Source: an uncultured Planctomycetia bacterium (GTDB lineage Bacteria; Omnitrophota; Gorgyraeia; 2-02-FULL-51-18). Taken from it: DNA of 64,000 nt. Below the pieces are notes generated by a model. The model saw only the letters and a program-made list of their open reading frames with translations. It was not told the DNA's origin and did no database searches. Location of the stretch: NCBI GenBank assembly GCA_964431835.1, contig CAYSKO010000006.1, forward strand, positions 59,457-123,456, given 5' to 3'. This document shows, piece by piece, positions 50,961-60,235 of the stretch (positions are counted from its first letter, which is position 1; each line of letters opens with the position of its first letter). The position numbers were made by a program, and so were the translations under genes.

Positions 50961-51192
50961 AACGCGTCTTCGGCGTTCTCGTCCGCGCGGTCCTTTACGC
51001 GGCCGCGTACGCCGCCTTTCCGGCGTGGGCGTTCTTCCGCGTTCGCGCCGAAGTCGAAAGCGCTTTCCGCTCGCACGCGGTAGCGCTTCCGCACGAGCCG
51101 TTCGCAGCCGTCTCCGGCGCCGCGGCCGCCTGCTTCGCGATTTCGATTTCCGTCGTCGCCCTGTCGTTCTTGAAAAAAAGGAGCGTGCCCGT

Positions 51193-51381
51193 ATGAAGAA
51201 ATCCGCTTTCGTCGCCTTGTTCATCCTGGGTTCCCTCGTCGCGCCCGCGTTCCAGAGCGCCGCGTCCGCCGACCCGCGCCTCGATAAGGTCCTCGCCAAT
51301 CAGGAACAGATCCTGAAGGAGCTCGAGGAGATCAAAAGGGAGCTCGAAATCGTGAAAGTCCGGGCCACCTTAAGGGGCTAA
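51193..51381 (+). CDS. Small secreted coiled-coil protein (62 aa)
   Basis: SD AAAGGAG; signal peptide MKKSAFVALFILGSLVAPAFQSAASA. Confidence 0.35.
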   Translation: MKKSAFVALFILGSLVAPAFQSAASADPRLDKVLANQEQILKELEEIKRELEIVKVRATLRG

Positions 51382-51384
51382 AAA

Positions 51385-51837
51385 GTGAAGTTCTCGACCC
51401 GCACCCTCTACGGACTCCGCGCCGTGCTCGTCCTGGCCAATCGCTTCGGCGAGGGCTCGCTCTCCGTGTCGCAGATCGCGCGCAAGGAAAGCCTCTCGAC
51501 GGCGTATCTCGAGCAGATCCTGAACGCGCTCAAGAAAAAGAGCCTCGTCAAGAGCGTGCGCGGCCCTCAAGGGGGCTATGTGCTCACGAAGAAACCTTCC
51601 GAGATTTCCCTGAAGACCCTCTTCTACGCGCTTGAGGAGGGCGCCGAAGCGGGATCCAACGGCAAGGCTCACGGCCCCGACGGCGACGAAGTGGCCATCG
51701 GGAACCGTATTTTCTGGATGAAACTCCAGGATTCGATCGATGCCGGGCTCGGCGCGACCACCTTAAAAGACCTCATCGACGAAGCCCGCCGCGTGAAGAA
51801 AACCAAGTCCTCAGGCTCCCCCAATTTCCATATCTAA
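51385..51837 (+). CDS. Rrf2-family transcriptional regulator (IscR/CymR-like)
   Basis: 150 aa; MKFSTRTLYGLRAVLVLA...VSQIARKESLSTAYLEQILNALKKKSLVKSVRGPQGGYVL. Confidence 0.8.
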   Translation: MKFSTRTLYGLRAVLVLANRFGEGSLSVSQIARKESLSTAYLEQILNALKKKSLVKSVRGPQGGYVLTKKPSEISLKTLFYALEEGAEAGSNGKAHGPDGDEVAIGNRIFWMKLQDSIDAGLGATTLKDLIDEARRVKKTKSSGSPNFHI

Positions 51838-51974
51838 AACCGCTCGGCACGCCCTCCCGTTTTTTCGCTTTCCTCGAAAGCCCATGCTATAATGATCGGA
51901 CTTTTAAAGCCGCTCCCTCTCTGGGCGAGCGGATATTTTATCTTCTAACATTATATGTAATTCCTTATGTTAGA

Positions 51975-52556
51975 ATGAGTTATGAGGATATGCTGACCAA
52001 ACAGAACGCACGGCAGGAACTGCGAGCGCGGCTCTCCGCCCAAGACCCGACCGACCGGGCGCGGCGAAGCCTGCTCATCCAACGGAAGCTCTTTTACTTG
52101 GAGACGTTCCGGAAGGCGCGCTGCGTGCTTTTCTTCGCTTCCCTGCCCGGCGAGGTGGACACGGCCTCGATGATCGACGCGGCGATCGAGAGCGGTAAGC
52201 GCGTGCTGGTTCCGCTCACGGATCTCGCGGCTCGGCGGCTCGATCTTTTCGAGATACGCGACCGTTCGGAGTTGAAAAAAGGCGCGACACTCGGAATTCC
52301 CGAACCCGACCCCGCGTCTGCGCGGCGCGCCTCGGCGTCGGAAGTGGAATTCGCGGTCGTCCCGGGTCTCGGCTTCGACGCGGACAGGAACCGCATCGGC
52401 CGCGGCGCGGGCTTGTACGACCGGTTTCTCACGTCACTCGCGCCAGGGACGCCCAAAGTGGCGATCGCGTTCGCGTGCCAGATCCTGCCGAGTGTGCCGG
52501 TGGAAGAGTTCGACGTGAAAGTGGACCTCATCTTAACCGAAGAAGGACAAGTATGA
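51975..52556 (+). CDS. 5-formyltetrahydrofolate cyclo-ligase
   Basis: 193 aa; VLVPLTDL...VVPGLGFDADRNRIGRGAGLYDRFL. Confidence 0.8.
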   Translation: MSYEDMLTKQNARQELRARLSAQDPTDRARRSLLIQRKLFYLETFRKARCVLFFASLPGEVDTASMIDAAIESGKRVLVPLTDLAARRLDLFEIRDRSELKKGATLGIPEPDPASARRASASEVEFAVVPGLGFDADRNRIGRGAGLYDRFLTSLAPGTPKVAIAFACQILPSVPVEEFDVKVDLILTEEGQV

Positions 52557-54124
52557 ACCTCACGATTCTCGTTATCTATCTCGTCGGCAGCCTCTTTTTC
52601 GGCGCGGTCGCGTTCGCGGCCGGCTGGGTCGTGCGGAAGCGCGTGGCCGAACGGCTCATCCGCACCGCCGAATCCAAAGCGCGCGAGATCCTCGTCGCCG
52701 CCAAACGCGAGTCCGAAGAGACGCTGAAGCGCTCCGACAAAGACGCCAAACAGCTCGTCTTCCGCGCGCAGAGCGAGTTCGATTCGAAGACGGCCCAGCG
52801 CATGCGGGACTTGGAGAACCGCGAGAAGGTCCTCTCGCACAAGGAAGAGACGACCCGCGACAGCGAACGGGGGATCGAGAAAAAGGAGCGCGAAGCCGCG
52901 TTCCGGCTCCAGGAAGCGGAGACGGTCGAGAAGACGCTCGACGAGAAGAACCGCTCGATCGACAAGCTCCTCGACGCGCAGCGCACCGCGCTCGCGGCGA
53001 TCGCCCAGCTCGACGTCGAAGCGGCCAAGCGCGAATATCTCCGCCGCCTCGAAATCGACCTGCGGGGGGACGCGTCGAAGCTCATCCGCCAAAGCGAGAC
53101 CGAAGCCCGCGAGGAAGCCGACAAGAAGGCGAAGTGGATCCTCTCCCTGGCGATCCAGCGCTGCGCGGCCCAGCACTCGATGGAATCCACCGCGACATTG
53201 GTCCAGCTCCCGAGCGACGAAATGAAAGGCCGCATCATCGGCAAGGACGGCCGCAACATCAAGACCTTCGAGACGCTCACCGGCGTCGACGTGGTTATCG
53301 ACGAAACCCCCGGCACGGTCACGCTCTCGGCCTTCGACGGCGTCCGCCGCGAGGTCGCGCGCCAGGCGCTCGTCGAGCTTCTGCGCGACGGCCGCATCCA
53401 GCCTGCGCGCATTGAGGAAGTCGTCCAGAAGACGAAGCGCTCCATGGAGAACACTTTGAAGGAAGAAGGCGAGAAAGCCATGGCCGACGCGAACGTGCCG
53501 ACCATGCACCCCGAGCTCGTGAAGCTCCTCGGTCGTCTGCGCTTCCGCTCGAGTTACGGGCAGAACGTGCTCGACCACTCGGTGGAAACCGCCTATCTCA
53601 TGAACGTCATCGCCGGCGAGATGAAACTCGACCCGCTCCTGGCGCGCCGCGCTGGGCTCCTGCACGACATCGGCAAGGCCGTTTCGTCCGACGTCGAAGG
53701 TCCGCACGCCTTGATCGGCGGCGAACTCGCGCGCCGCTACGGCGAGCACCCGGACGTGATTCACGGAATCGAAGCGCACCACGAGGACATCGAGATGAAG
53801 TCGCCGTGGCCCATGCTCGTCCAGGCCGCCGACGCCGTTTCGGCCGCGCGTCCCGGCGCCCGCCGCGAGAGCCTCGAAAATTACGTCAAGCGCCTGAAGC
53901 AATTGGAAGAGATCGCCGACAAGCATCCGGGCGTCGAGAAGTCGTACGCGATCCAGGGCGGCCGCGAGGTCCGCGTGGTCGTTCGCCCCGAGCGGGTGCC
54001 TGAAGATTCGCTCCCGGCGCTCGCGCGCGAGGTCGCGAAGAAGATCGAAGAAACGCTCGATTTCCCCGGGCAGATCAAAGTCATCGTGATCCGCGAGACG
54101 CGGGTCGAAGACGCCGCGAAGTAA
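52553..54124 (+). CDS. rny: Ribonuclease Y
   Basis: Start MNLTILVIYLVG (N-terminal TM), coiled-coil, KH domain (GRIIGKDGRNIKTFE), HD domain (HSVETAYLM...LLHDIGK); ATGA overlap with the upstream gene. Confidence 0.9.
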   Translation: MNLTILVIYLVGSLFFGAVAFAAGWVVRKRVAERLIRTAESKAREILVAAKRESEETLKRSDKDAKQLVFRAQSEFDSKTAQRMRDLENREKVLSHKEETTRDSERGIEKKEREAAFRLQEAETVEKTLDEKNRSIDKLLDAQRTALAAIAQLDVEAAKREYLRRLEIDLRGDASKLIRQSETEAREEADKKAKWILSLAIQRCAAQHSMESTATLVQLPSDEMKGRIIGKDGRNIKTFETLTGVDVVIDETPGTVTLSAFDGVRREVARQALVELLRDGRIQPARIEEVVQKTKRSMENTLKEEGEKAMADANVPTMHPELVKLLGRLRFRSSYGQNVLDHSVETAYLMNVIAGEMKLDPLLARRAGLLHDIGKAVSSDVEGPHALIGGELARRYGEHPDVIHGIEAHHEDIEMKSPWPMLVQAADAVSAARPGARRESLENYVKRLKQLEEIADKHPGVEKSYAIQGGREVRVVVRPERVPEDSLPALAREVAKKIEETLDFPGQIKVIVIRETRVEDAAK

Positions 54125-54139
54125 ACCGAAAGGGCGCCC

Positions 54140-54934
54140 GTGATCTTAAAGATCCTTCTCATCGGCGATACCTACGGCGAGCCGGGCCGCAAAGCCGTCG
54201 AGAAGCACGTCGCCGCGATGAAGCGCTCGGGCGAAGCGGATTTCGTGGTCTGCAACGCCGAGAACTCGGCAGACGGCGCGGGCATCACCGAGCGCATCGC
54301 CCGTGAACTTTTTCAGGTGGGGTGCGACGTCCTGACGTGCGGCGACCACGCGTTCGACAAGAGAAAAGACATCGAAGCCGCGTTCAAGAACGACCCGCGG
54401 CTCCTGCGTCCCGCGAATTTCCCGAAGGCGCTTCCCGGAGCGGGCTCGTGCGTCATCGAGTGCAAGGGCGTGAAGATCGGCGTGATCCACGTCGCGGGGC
54501 AGGTGTTCATGCGTTACCATTTCGATTCGCCGTTCCGCGCGGTCGACGAAGAGATCGAGAAAGTGAAGAAGGCGGGCGCTCAGGTGGTGGTGATCGACGT
54601 CCACGCGGAGGCCACGAGCGAGAAGATGGCGCTCTCGTGGTACGTCGACGGACGCGTCGCCGCCGCGGTCGGTTCGCACACGCACGTTCAGACCGCCGAC
54701 GAACGCGTGACCGCCAAGGGCACTGCCTGCCTGACCGATCTCGGCATGACCGGGCCGCACGACTCGGTGATCGGCGCGGAGAAGGAAGCGATCATCCAGC
54801 GTTTTCTTCTTCAAGCCGGCGCCCAGCGGAAGGAAGTGGCGCAGAACGACGTCAAGCTCTGCGGGGCGCTCGTTTCGGTGGATTCGCTCACCGGACGCGC
54901 GACCGCGATCGAACGGGTCCAGAGAGCGCTTTGA
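54140..54934 (+). CDS. ymdB: YmdB-like 2',3'-cyclic-nucleotide phosphodiesterase (metallophosphoesterase)
   Basis: GTG start; MILKILLIGDTYGEPGR...VVCNAEN...GDHAFD...VIDVHAEATSEK...GSHTHVQTADE. Confidence 0.8.
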   Translation: MILKILLIGDTYGEPGRKAVEKHVAAMKRSGEADFVVCNAENSADGAGITERIARELFQVGCDVLTCGDHAFDKRKDIEAAFKNDPRLLRPANFPKALPGAGSCVIECKGVKIGVIHVAGQVFMRYHFDSPFRAVDEEIEKVKKAGAQVVVIDVHAEATSEKMALSWYVDGRVAAAVGSHTHVQTADERVTAKGTACLTDLGMTGPHDSVIGAEKEAIIQRFLLQAGAQRKEVAQNDVKLCGALVSVDSLTGRATAIERVQRAL

Positions 54935-56148
54935 CGGTCGCCCCGGTGGAGCGGCAGGTGTTCACGGTCGCCGAGCTCACCCGGAACGTGCGTTTTCTCC
55001 TCGAGGACATGTTTCCGGGGGTCTGGGTCGAAGGCGAGATCGGCGGATTCAAGCGCCATTCGTCCGGCCATTCTTATTTTTGCGTGAAGGACGCGGAGGC
55101 CCAGCTTTCGTGCGTGATGTTCCGCCGGGAGGGCCAGGCGCTCGCGTTTGAGCCCGAAGAGGGACTCAAAGTTCTCGTCTACGGGCGTCTCAGCGTGTAC
55201 TCGCAGCGCGGGCAGTACCAGCTTTACGTGGAGCGCATGGAGCCGCAGGGACTCGGCGCGCTCCAGCTGCGTTTCCAGCAGCTCAAAGAGAAGCTCGAGA
55301 AGGAAGGCCTGTTCGACGCGGCCAGGAAGCGCGAGATCCCGGCACTGCCTCAAACGATCGGCATCGTGACCTCGGCGGATGGCGCCGCGCTCCGCGACGT
55401 CTTGAACGTGCTTGGCCGGCGCATGCCGTGCCAGCACGTCGTGATCCTTCCGACGGCCGTGCAAGGCTCTGGCGCGGCGGTGCAGATCGCAGCGGCGATC
55501 GACGAAGCCAACGAACTCGGGCTCGCGGACGTCCTTCTCGTGACGCGCGGCGGCGGAAGCCTCGAAGACCTCTGGGCGTTCAACGAGGAGATCGTTGCGC
55601 GGGCGATCCACCGTTCCGAAATTCCGGTGGTCTCGGCGGTCGGACACGAAATCGATTTCACGATCGCGGACTTCGTCGCGGATTTGCGCGCGGCGACGCC
55701 TTCGGCGGCGGCGGAGCTCCTCGTTCCGGTGCGCGACGAACTTTTGGGGAGGATCGAGGAGCTGAAGGGCCGCGGGTTTCAGGCGGCCCTGGCGCGCGTC
55801 CGAATTTTGAAGCGCGAGGTCGATTCGCTCGCCTCGAGTGCGGTCATGCGCGACCCTTTGCGGTATTTCGAGGTCCAGTGCCAGCGGCTCGACGAATTCC
55901 GCCGCCAGATCGCGTCGCGTTTCGAGGCCGTCGTGCGCTGGAAGCGCGAACGCGCGCTCGCGCTCGCCGGACGGCTCGAAGCTCTCGGGCCGCTCTCGAC
56001 CTTGAAGCGCGGCTTCGCGGTCGCTCTTAAATTGCCGGAAGGCCGCGTGGTCACGGACGTGCGGAAGCTCAAAGCCGGCGACCGCGTCGAGACGAGGCTC
56101 GCGAAGGGATATTTCATCGGGGAAGTGAAGGAAACGCATCCGGAGTGA
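54931..56148 (+). CDS. xseA: Exodeoxyribonuclease VII large subunit
   Basis: TTG start overlapping the ymdB stop (alternative GTG at 54946); VFTVAELTRNVRFLLED...WVEGEIGGFKRHSSGHSYFCVKD OB-fold plus catalytic domain. Confidence 0.85.
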   Translation: MTVAPVERQVFTVAELTRNVRFLLEDMFPGVWVEGEIGGFKRHSSGHSYFCVKDAEAQLSCVMFRREGQALAFEPEEGLKVLVYGRLSVYSQRGQYQLYVERMEPQGLGALQLRFQQLKEKLEKEGLFDAARKREIPALPQTIGIVTSADGAALRDVLNVLGRRMPCQHVVILPTAVQGSGAAVQIAAAIDEANELGLADVLLVTRGGGSLEDLWAFNEEIVARAIHRSEIPVVSAVGHEIDFTIADFVADLRAATPSAAAELLVPVRDELLGRIEELKGRGFQAALARVRILKREVDSLASSAVMRDPLRYFEVQCQRLDEFRRQIASRFEAVVRWKRERALALAGRLEALGPLSTLKRGFAVALKLPEGRVVTDVRKLKAGDRVETRLAKGYFIGEVKETHPE

Positions 56149-56153
56149 AGGAG

Positions 56154-56426
56154 ATGAAGATGGCGCAGGAACCCAAGGACATGGAATTCGAGCCGGCGCT
56201 CAAGCGGCTTGAGACGATCGTCGAAAACCTGGAACGCGGCGAGCTTTCGCTCGACGAGGCGCTCAAGGCCTACGAGGAAGGCGTCCGCATGGCCGACGTC
56301 TGTTCGAAACGCCTGACCGAGGCCGAGAAGCGCATCGAGGTCCTCATGAAGTCGACCGGTGGAAAGCCTAAGATCGTCGCTTTCGAAGAGGGAGAGGATG
56401 ACGCCCAGAAAAAGCGCCGCAAATAA
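56154..56426 (+). CDS. xseB: Exodeoxyribonuclease VII small subunit
   Basis: FEPALKRLETIVENLERGELSLDEALKAYEEGVRMADVCSKRL; the start codon is ambiguous among GTG 56145, ATG 56154 and ATG 56160. Confidence 0.8.
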   Translation: MKMAQEPKDMEFEPALKRLETIVENLERGELSLDEALKAYEEGVRMADVCSKRLTEAEKRIEVLMKSTGGKPKIVAFEEGEDDAQKKRRK

Positions 56427-57267
56427 GGCGTTCGACCTCGACGTTTTTTTCGAGGCCGAAAAAAAGAAGATTGAAACACATCTCGAGCGCGTTCTGCCGA
56501 GGGCGGAAGCCCGCCCGGCAGACCTCTGCGCCGCTGTGCGCTACGCGGTGCTCTCCGGGGGCAAGCGCATCCGGCCGATCCTCGCGCTCGAGGCTTGCCG
56601 CGCCGTCGGCGGGAACGAACGCGACGCCCTGCCCGCAGCGGCGGCGCTCGAGCTCATCCACAGCTACTCGCTCGTCCACGACGACCTGCCCTGCATGGAC
56701 GATGACGACGTGCGTCGCGGCCAGCCCACGTGCCATAAGAAGTACGGGGAAGTCACGGCGCTTCTGGCCGGCGACGCGCTCCTGACCCTCGCTTTCCGCG
56801 TGCTTGCGAACCCCGACGGTCTCCGTGGCGCGACCGCGTTCGCGCGGCGTCTGCGCGCGACGGCGGTGGTTGCCGAAGCGGCGGGTCTTCACGGAATGGT
56901 CGGCGGCCAAGCCGTCGACGTCCTCTTCAAGGAAAAGGAACCCGATCTCCCGACTATCGAATACATCAACGCCCACAAGTCGGGCGCGCTGATCGCCGCC
57001 GCGCTCGAGGCGGGGGCGATCCTGGGCGGCGGCACTCCTAGAGAGATCGCCGCGCTCGCGCATTACGGTCGCTCGATCGGCCTGCTTTTCCAGGTCGTGG
57101 ATGATATACTGGACCGCGAAGGGTACGCCAAGGTGATCGGCGTCCCCGAAGCTCGTAAGGAAGCCGAGGAACTCCTCGAGCGGGCCAAGCGCCACCTCGC
57201 CCCCTTGCGCGCCCAGGGGCGGGTCTTGGAAGAAATTGCCGAATTTATTCTCATGAGGACGAGCTGA
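56398..57267 (+). CDS. ispA: (2E,6E)-farnesyl diphosphate synthase / geranyltranstransferase
   Basis: GGKRIRP, first DDxxD LVHDDLPCMDDDDVRRG, second DDILD; overlaps the xseB end. Confidence 0.85.
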   Translation: MTPRKSAANKAFDLDVFFEAEKKKIETHLERVLPRAEARPADLCAAVRYAVLSGGKRIRPILALEACRAVGGNERDALPAAAALELIHSYSLVHDDLPCMDDDDVRRGQPTCHKKYGEVTALLAGDALLTLAFRVLANPDGLRGATAFARRLRATAVVAEAAGLHGMVGGQAVDVLFKEKEPDLPTIEYINAHKSGALIAAALEAGAILGGGTPREIAALAHYGRSIGLLFQVVDDILDREGYAKVIGVPEARKEAEELLERAKRHLAPLRAQGRVLEEIAEFILMRTS

Positions 57268-59225
57268 TGGGCCCCTTGTTGTCCCGGATCCAAAGTCCCG
57301 ACGACGTGAAGAAGCTTTCGCACAAGGAGCTCGAGGAGCTCACGACCGAGCTTCGCGCGTACATTCTCGAGGTCGTCTCCGTGAACGGCGGCCATCTCGG
57401 CGCCGCTCTCGGCGCGGTCGACCTCACGGTCGCGCTCCACTACTGCTTTACGACCCCCGTCGACACCGTCGTCTGGGACGTCGGCCACCAGGTGCACGCC
57501 CACAAGATCCTCACCGGACGCCGCGAGGCGTTCAAGACGTTCCGTCAGCCCGGCGGGATGTCGGGCTTCTCCAACAAAGACGAGAGCGAGCACGATCCGT
57601 TCACGACCGGCCACGCAGCCACGTCCATTTCGACCGGGCTCGGCATCGCGGTCGGCCGGCGTGTTTCGAGTGAAGGCGGTAAGGTCGTCGCGATCATCGG
57701 CGACGCGTCGATCGTCTCGGGCATGGCGTTCGAGGCGATGAACCACGCCGGCCACTTGAAGGACGACCTCATCGTGATCCTGAACGACAACGAGATGTCG
57801 ATCTCTCCGACCGTCGGCGCGTTCTCGGGGTATTTGAACCGCATCATTTCGAACCCGTCCTACAACCGTATGCGAAAGAACGTCGAGAACGCGATCCGCC
57901 ACATCCCGAAGGTCGGCGAGCGCATGGTGAAGAAGGCCAAGAAGATCGACGAGGGCGTGAAGAACCTGTTCATGCCGGGCCTCCTCTTCGAAGAGATGGG
58001 ATTCCGGTATTTTGGTCCGATCGACGGACACGACGTCCACGGCTTGGTCCAGATCCTGCACAACGTCTCGCTGATCAAGGGCCCGGTGTTCCTGCACGTC
58101 GTCACGAAGAAGGGCCGCGGCTATAAGATCGCCGAAGGGGACCCGCAGAAATGGCACGCCTCGACTCCGTTCGAGCTCGAGACCGGTTGCGTGCGGAAGA
58201 CCTCCTCCTCGCGCACGTACACGCAGGCGTTCGGCGAAGCGGCGCTCGAAGCCGCCGAGAAGAATCCGAAAGTCGTCGCGATCACGGCGGCGATGTGCGA
58301 CGGCACGGGACTACTCGAATTCTCGAAGCGTTTCCCGGACCGCTTTTTCGACGTCGGCATCGCCGAAGAGCACGGCGTCGCGTTCGCTGCGGGGCTCGCG
58401 GAGGCGGGAATCCGGCCTCTGGCCGCCATTTATTCCACGTTCCTCCAACGCGCACACGACCAGATCATCCACGACGTCGCGCTCCAGCGGCTCCCGGTCG
58501 CTTTTTGTCTCGACCGTGCGGGGCTGGTCGGTGAAGACGGCCCGACGCACCACGGCACCTTCGACATCGCGTACATGCGGAAAGTTCCGGGCATGACCGT
58601 TCTTTCGCCCCGCGACGGCCGGGAGCTCGCGCTCATGACCGCGTTCGTCGCCGAACACACGGCGGGACCGATTTCGCTCCGCTATCCGCGCGGTCCGGTC
58701 GCCGAAGAATCGGCGAGCCCGCTTCGCGATCGTACCCCCGAACCGCTCCGCCTGGGCGCCGCCGAGACGCTCCGCGCCGGCAAAGACGTCCTTTTCATCG
58801 CGTTCGGCAGCATGGTGTACCCCGCGTTCGAGGCGGCCGAAGCGCTCGCCGCCGACGGGGTCGAAGCGGCCGTTTTGAACGCCCGTTTCGCGAAGCCTCT
58901 GGACGAAGAAACGATCCTGCGCCTGGCGGACGGGAAGAAACTCGTCTTGACCGCGGAGGAAGGATCGCTGCCGGGAGGATTCGGAGCCGCGGTGCTGGAG
59001 CTCTTCGCTCGCCAGGACACGGCGATGCCGCCGGTTAAGAATCTCGGTATTCCCGACCGCTTCATCGAGCACGGCAAACGGGACGTGCTTTTGGATTCGA
59101 TCGGCCTCTCGGCCGCGAAGATGCGGCAGGAAGTCCTTAGAACTCTCGGGATTTCCGCGCGTCCCCGGAACGGGAACGGCTCGGGCGGGGAAAAGCTTAC
59201 TTCCGAATCGTTACGGAGTCGTTGA
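57267..59225 (+). CDS. dxs: 1-deoxy-D-xylulose-5-phosphate synthase
   Basis: 652 aa; GGHLGAALG, thiamine-PP motif GDASIVSGMAFEAMNHAG, transketolase C-terminal domain. Confidence 0.95.
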   Translation: MGPLLSRIQSPDDVKKLSHKELEELTTELRAYILEVVSVNGGHLGAALGAVDLTVALHYCFTTPVDTVVWDVGHQVHAHKILTGRREAFKTFRQPGGMSGFSNKDESEHDPFTTGHAATSISTGLGIAVGRRVSSEGGKVVAIIGDASIVSGMAFEAMNHAGHLKDDLIVILNDNEMSISPTVGAFSGYLNRIISNPSYNRMRKNVENAIRHIPKVGERMVKKAKKIDEGVKNLFMPGLLFEEMGFRYFGPIDGHDVHGLVQILHNVSLIKGPVFLHVVTKKGRGYKIAEGDPQKWHASTPFELETGCVRKTSSSRTYTQAFGEAALEAAEKNPKVVAITAAMCDGTGLLEFSKRFPDRFFDVGIAEEHGVAFAAGLAEAGIRPLAAIYSTFLQRAHDQIIHDVALQRLPVAFCLDRAGLVGEDGPTHHGTFDIAYMRKVPGMTVLSPRDGRELALMTAFVAEHTAGPISLRYPRGPVAEESASPLRDRTPEPLRLGAAETLRAGKDVLFIAFGSMVYPAFEAAEALAADGVEAAVLNARFAKPLDEETILRLADGKKLVLTAEEGSLPGGFGAAVLELFARQDTAMPPVKNLGIPDRFIEHGKRDVLLDSIGLSAAKMRQEVLRTLGISARPRNGNGSGGEKLTSESLRSR

Positions 59226-60180
59226 CCCGGATCTTGTAACCGGGCACGGCGTTCTTCACGCCGCACGCGGACATCACGTCGCGCACTTCTAAAACCTGCA
59301 AAGTCGCCAGCCATTCACCGTTCTTCACGACCTGAAGAACGGTGTCTTTTTTGATGCCGTCCGCTTTGCCGATGTCGACGACCACGAAGCCGTGCTCCTC
59401 ATTCACCGCGCGGACGCTGCCTTGTTTCTTTAAGGGCGCTTCGGCGGCTTCTCCGCTCCCACCGGCCCCGTCCACCTTGATGGATCCGAGATCCACGAGG
59501 TTCCATTCCTCTTCGACCCGGCGTTTGGCGGCCTCGATAGCCTGCTCGAGCCCGGACATCGTCAGGCTCGAGACGTTGATCGCACCCAGGCTCTCGCGGA
59601 CCGCGCCGTAAAGGCGTTCGAGCTTTTCGGCCAGGACCCGGTTCTGCTCGGCGAGACGGACGATCTCCTCGTCTTTGGATTTGAGCGTCGCGCCCTGTTC
59701 TTCGCCGACCGAGCCGCCGCGAAGCGCCTCGATCTGCTTAGTCTTATTGATCAGGATTTCCTCGAGGAAAACTTTCTCTTCGATCGCGCTCGCGTTCTTC
59801 TGGATGTCGTTCTTGAGGGAGTTGTTCTCGCGCTTGGCGGCGTCGAGCGCGGTCTGGAGCGAATTGGCGCGGCCCGAGAACTCGCGGTTCTCGTTTTCCA
59901 GCCGGGCGAGGGTGGTCTCGAGAGCTTTGTTCAGCTCCGAAAGGGTGCCCCGGCCGCTGAAGCTCCAAGCGAAAAGACCCGCAAAAAGGAGAGCGACCGC
60001 GGCGGCTCCACCCGCGGCCAGGAGCGAGCGGCGACGGAGTTCCCTGCGTTCGAGAGCGTGTTTCTGGACGAGGTCGTTCAAATGGCGGCTTTTTTCGGAC
60101 AGCGCGTCGTTTTGGCCCTGGAGGGCCTCTACTTTCTGGAGCAGATTTTCGGGGGAGAAAATGCTCGTCATGAAAGCCAT
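59197..60180 (-). CDS. Membrane-anchored coiled-coil protein with a C-terminal beta-rich domain, unknown function
   Basis: Preferred start MAFMTSIF; one TM helix, long coiled coil, C-terminal GFVVVDIGKADGIKKDTVLQVV... The track start at 60237 shares its ATG position with the divergent + gene. Converges on and overlaps the dxs 3' end by 29 nt. Confidence 0.45.
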   Translation of the reverse strand: MAFMTSIFSPENLLQKVEALQGQNDALSEKSRHLNDLVQKHALERRELRRRSLLAAGGAAAVALLFAGLFAWSFSGRGTLSELNKALETTLARLENENREFSGRANSLQTALDAAKRENNSLKNDIQKNASAIEEKVFLEEILINKTKQIEALRGGSVGEEQGATLKSKDEEIVRLAEQNRVLAEKLERLYGAVRESLGAINVSSLTMSGLEQAIEAAKRRVEEEWNLVDLGSIKVDGAGGSGEAAEAPLKKQGSVRAVNEEHGFVVVDIGKADGIKKDTVLQVVKNGEWLATLQVLEVRDVMSACGVKNAVPGYKIRVNDSVTIRK

Positions 60181-60235
60181 GCTAACACAAAGGTCCCGGA
60201 CAGGCAAACGGGGCCCGTCTGCTATAATCGGGCCC

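Noticed and set aside
50961-51190. Possible small hydrophobic ORF downstream of moaD::NIL (…[27 protein letters not shown]…)
   Set aside because: No ATG/GTG with a ribosome-binding site at a sensible position; Ala-rich translation typical of GC-rich non-coding sequence.
54322-54930. 5' part of ORF 54322..56148 (would give a 608-aa XseA)
   Set aside because: It overlaps the well-supported ymdB gene out of frame; the XseA homology starts near 54931.
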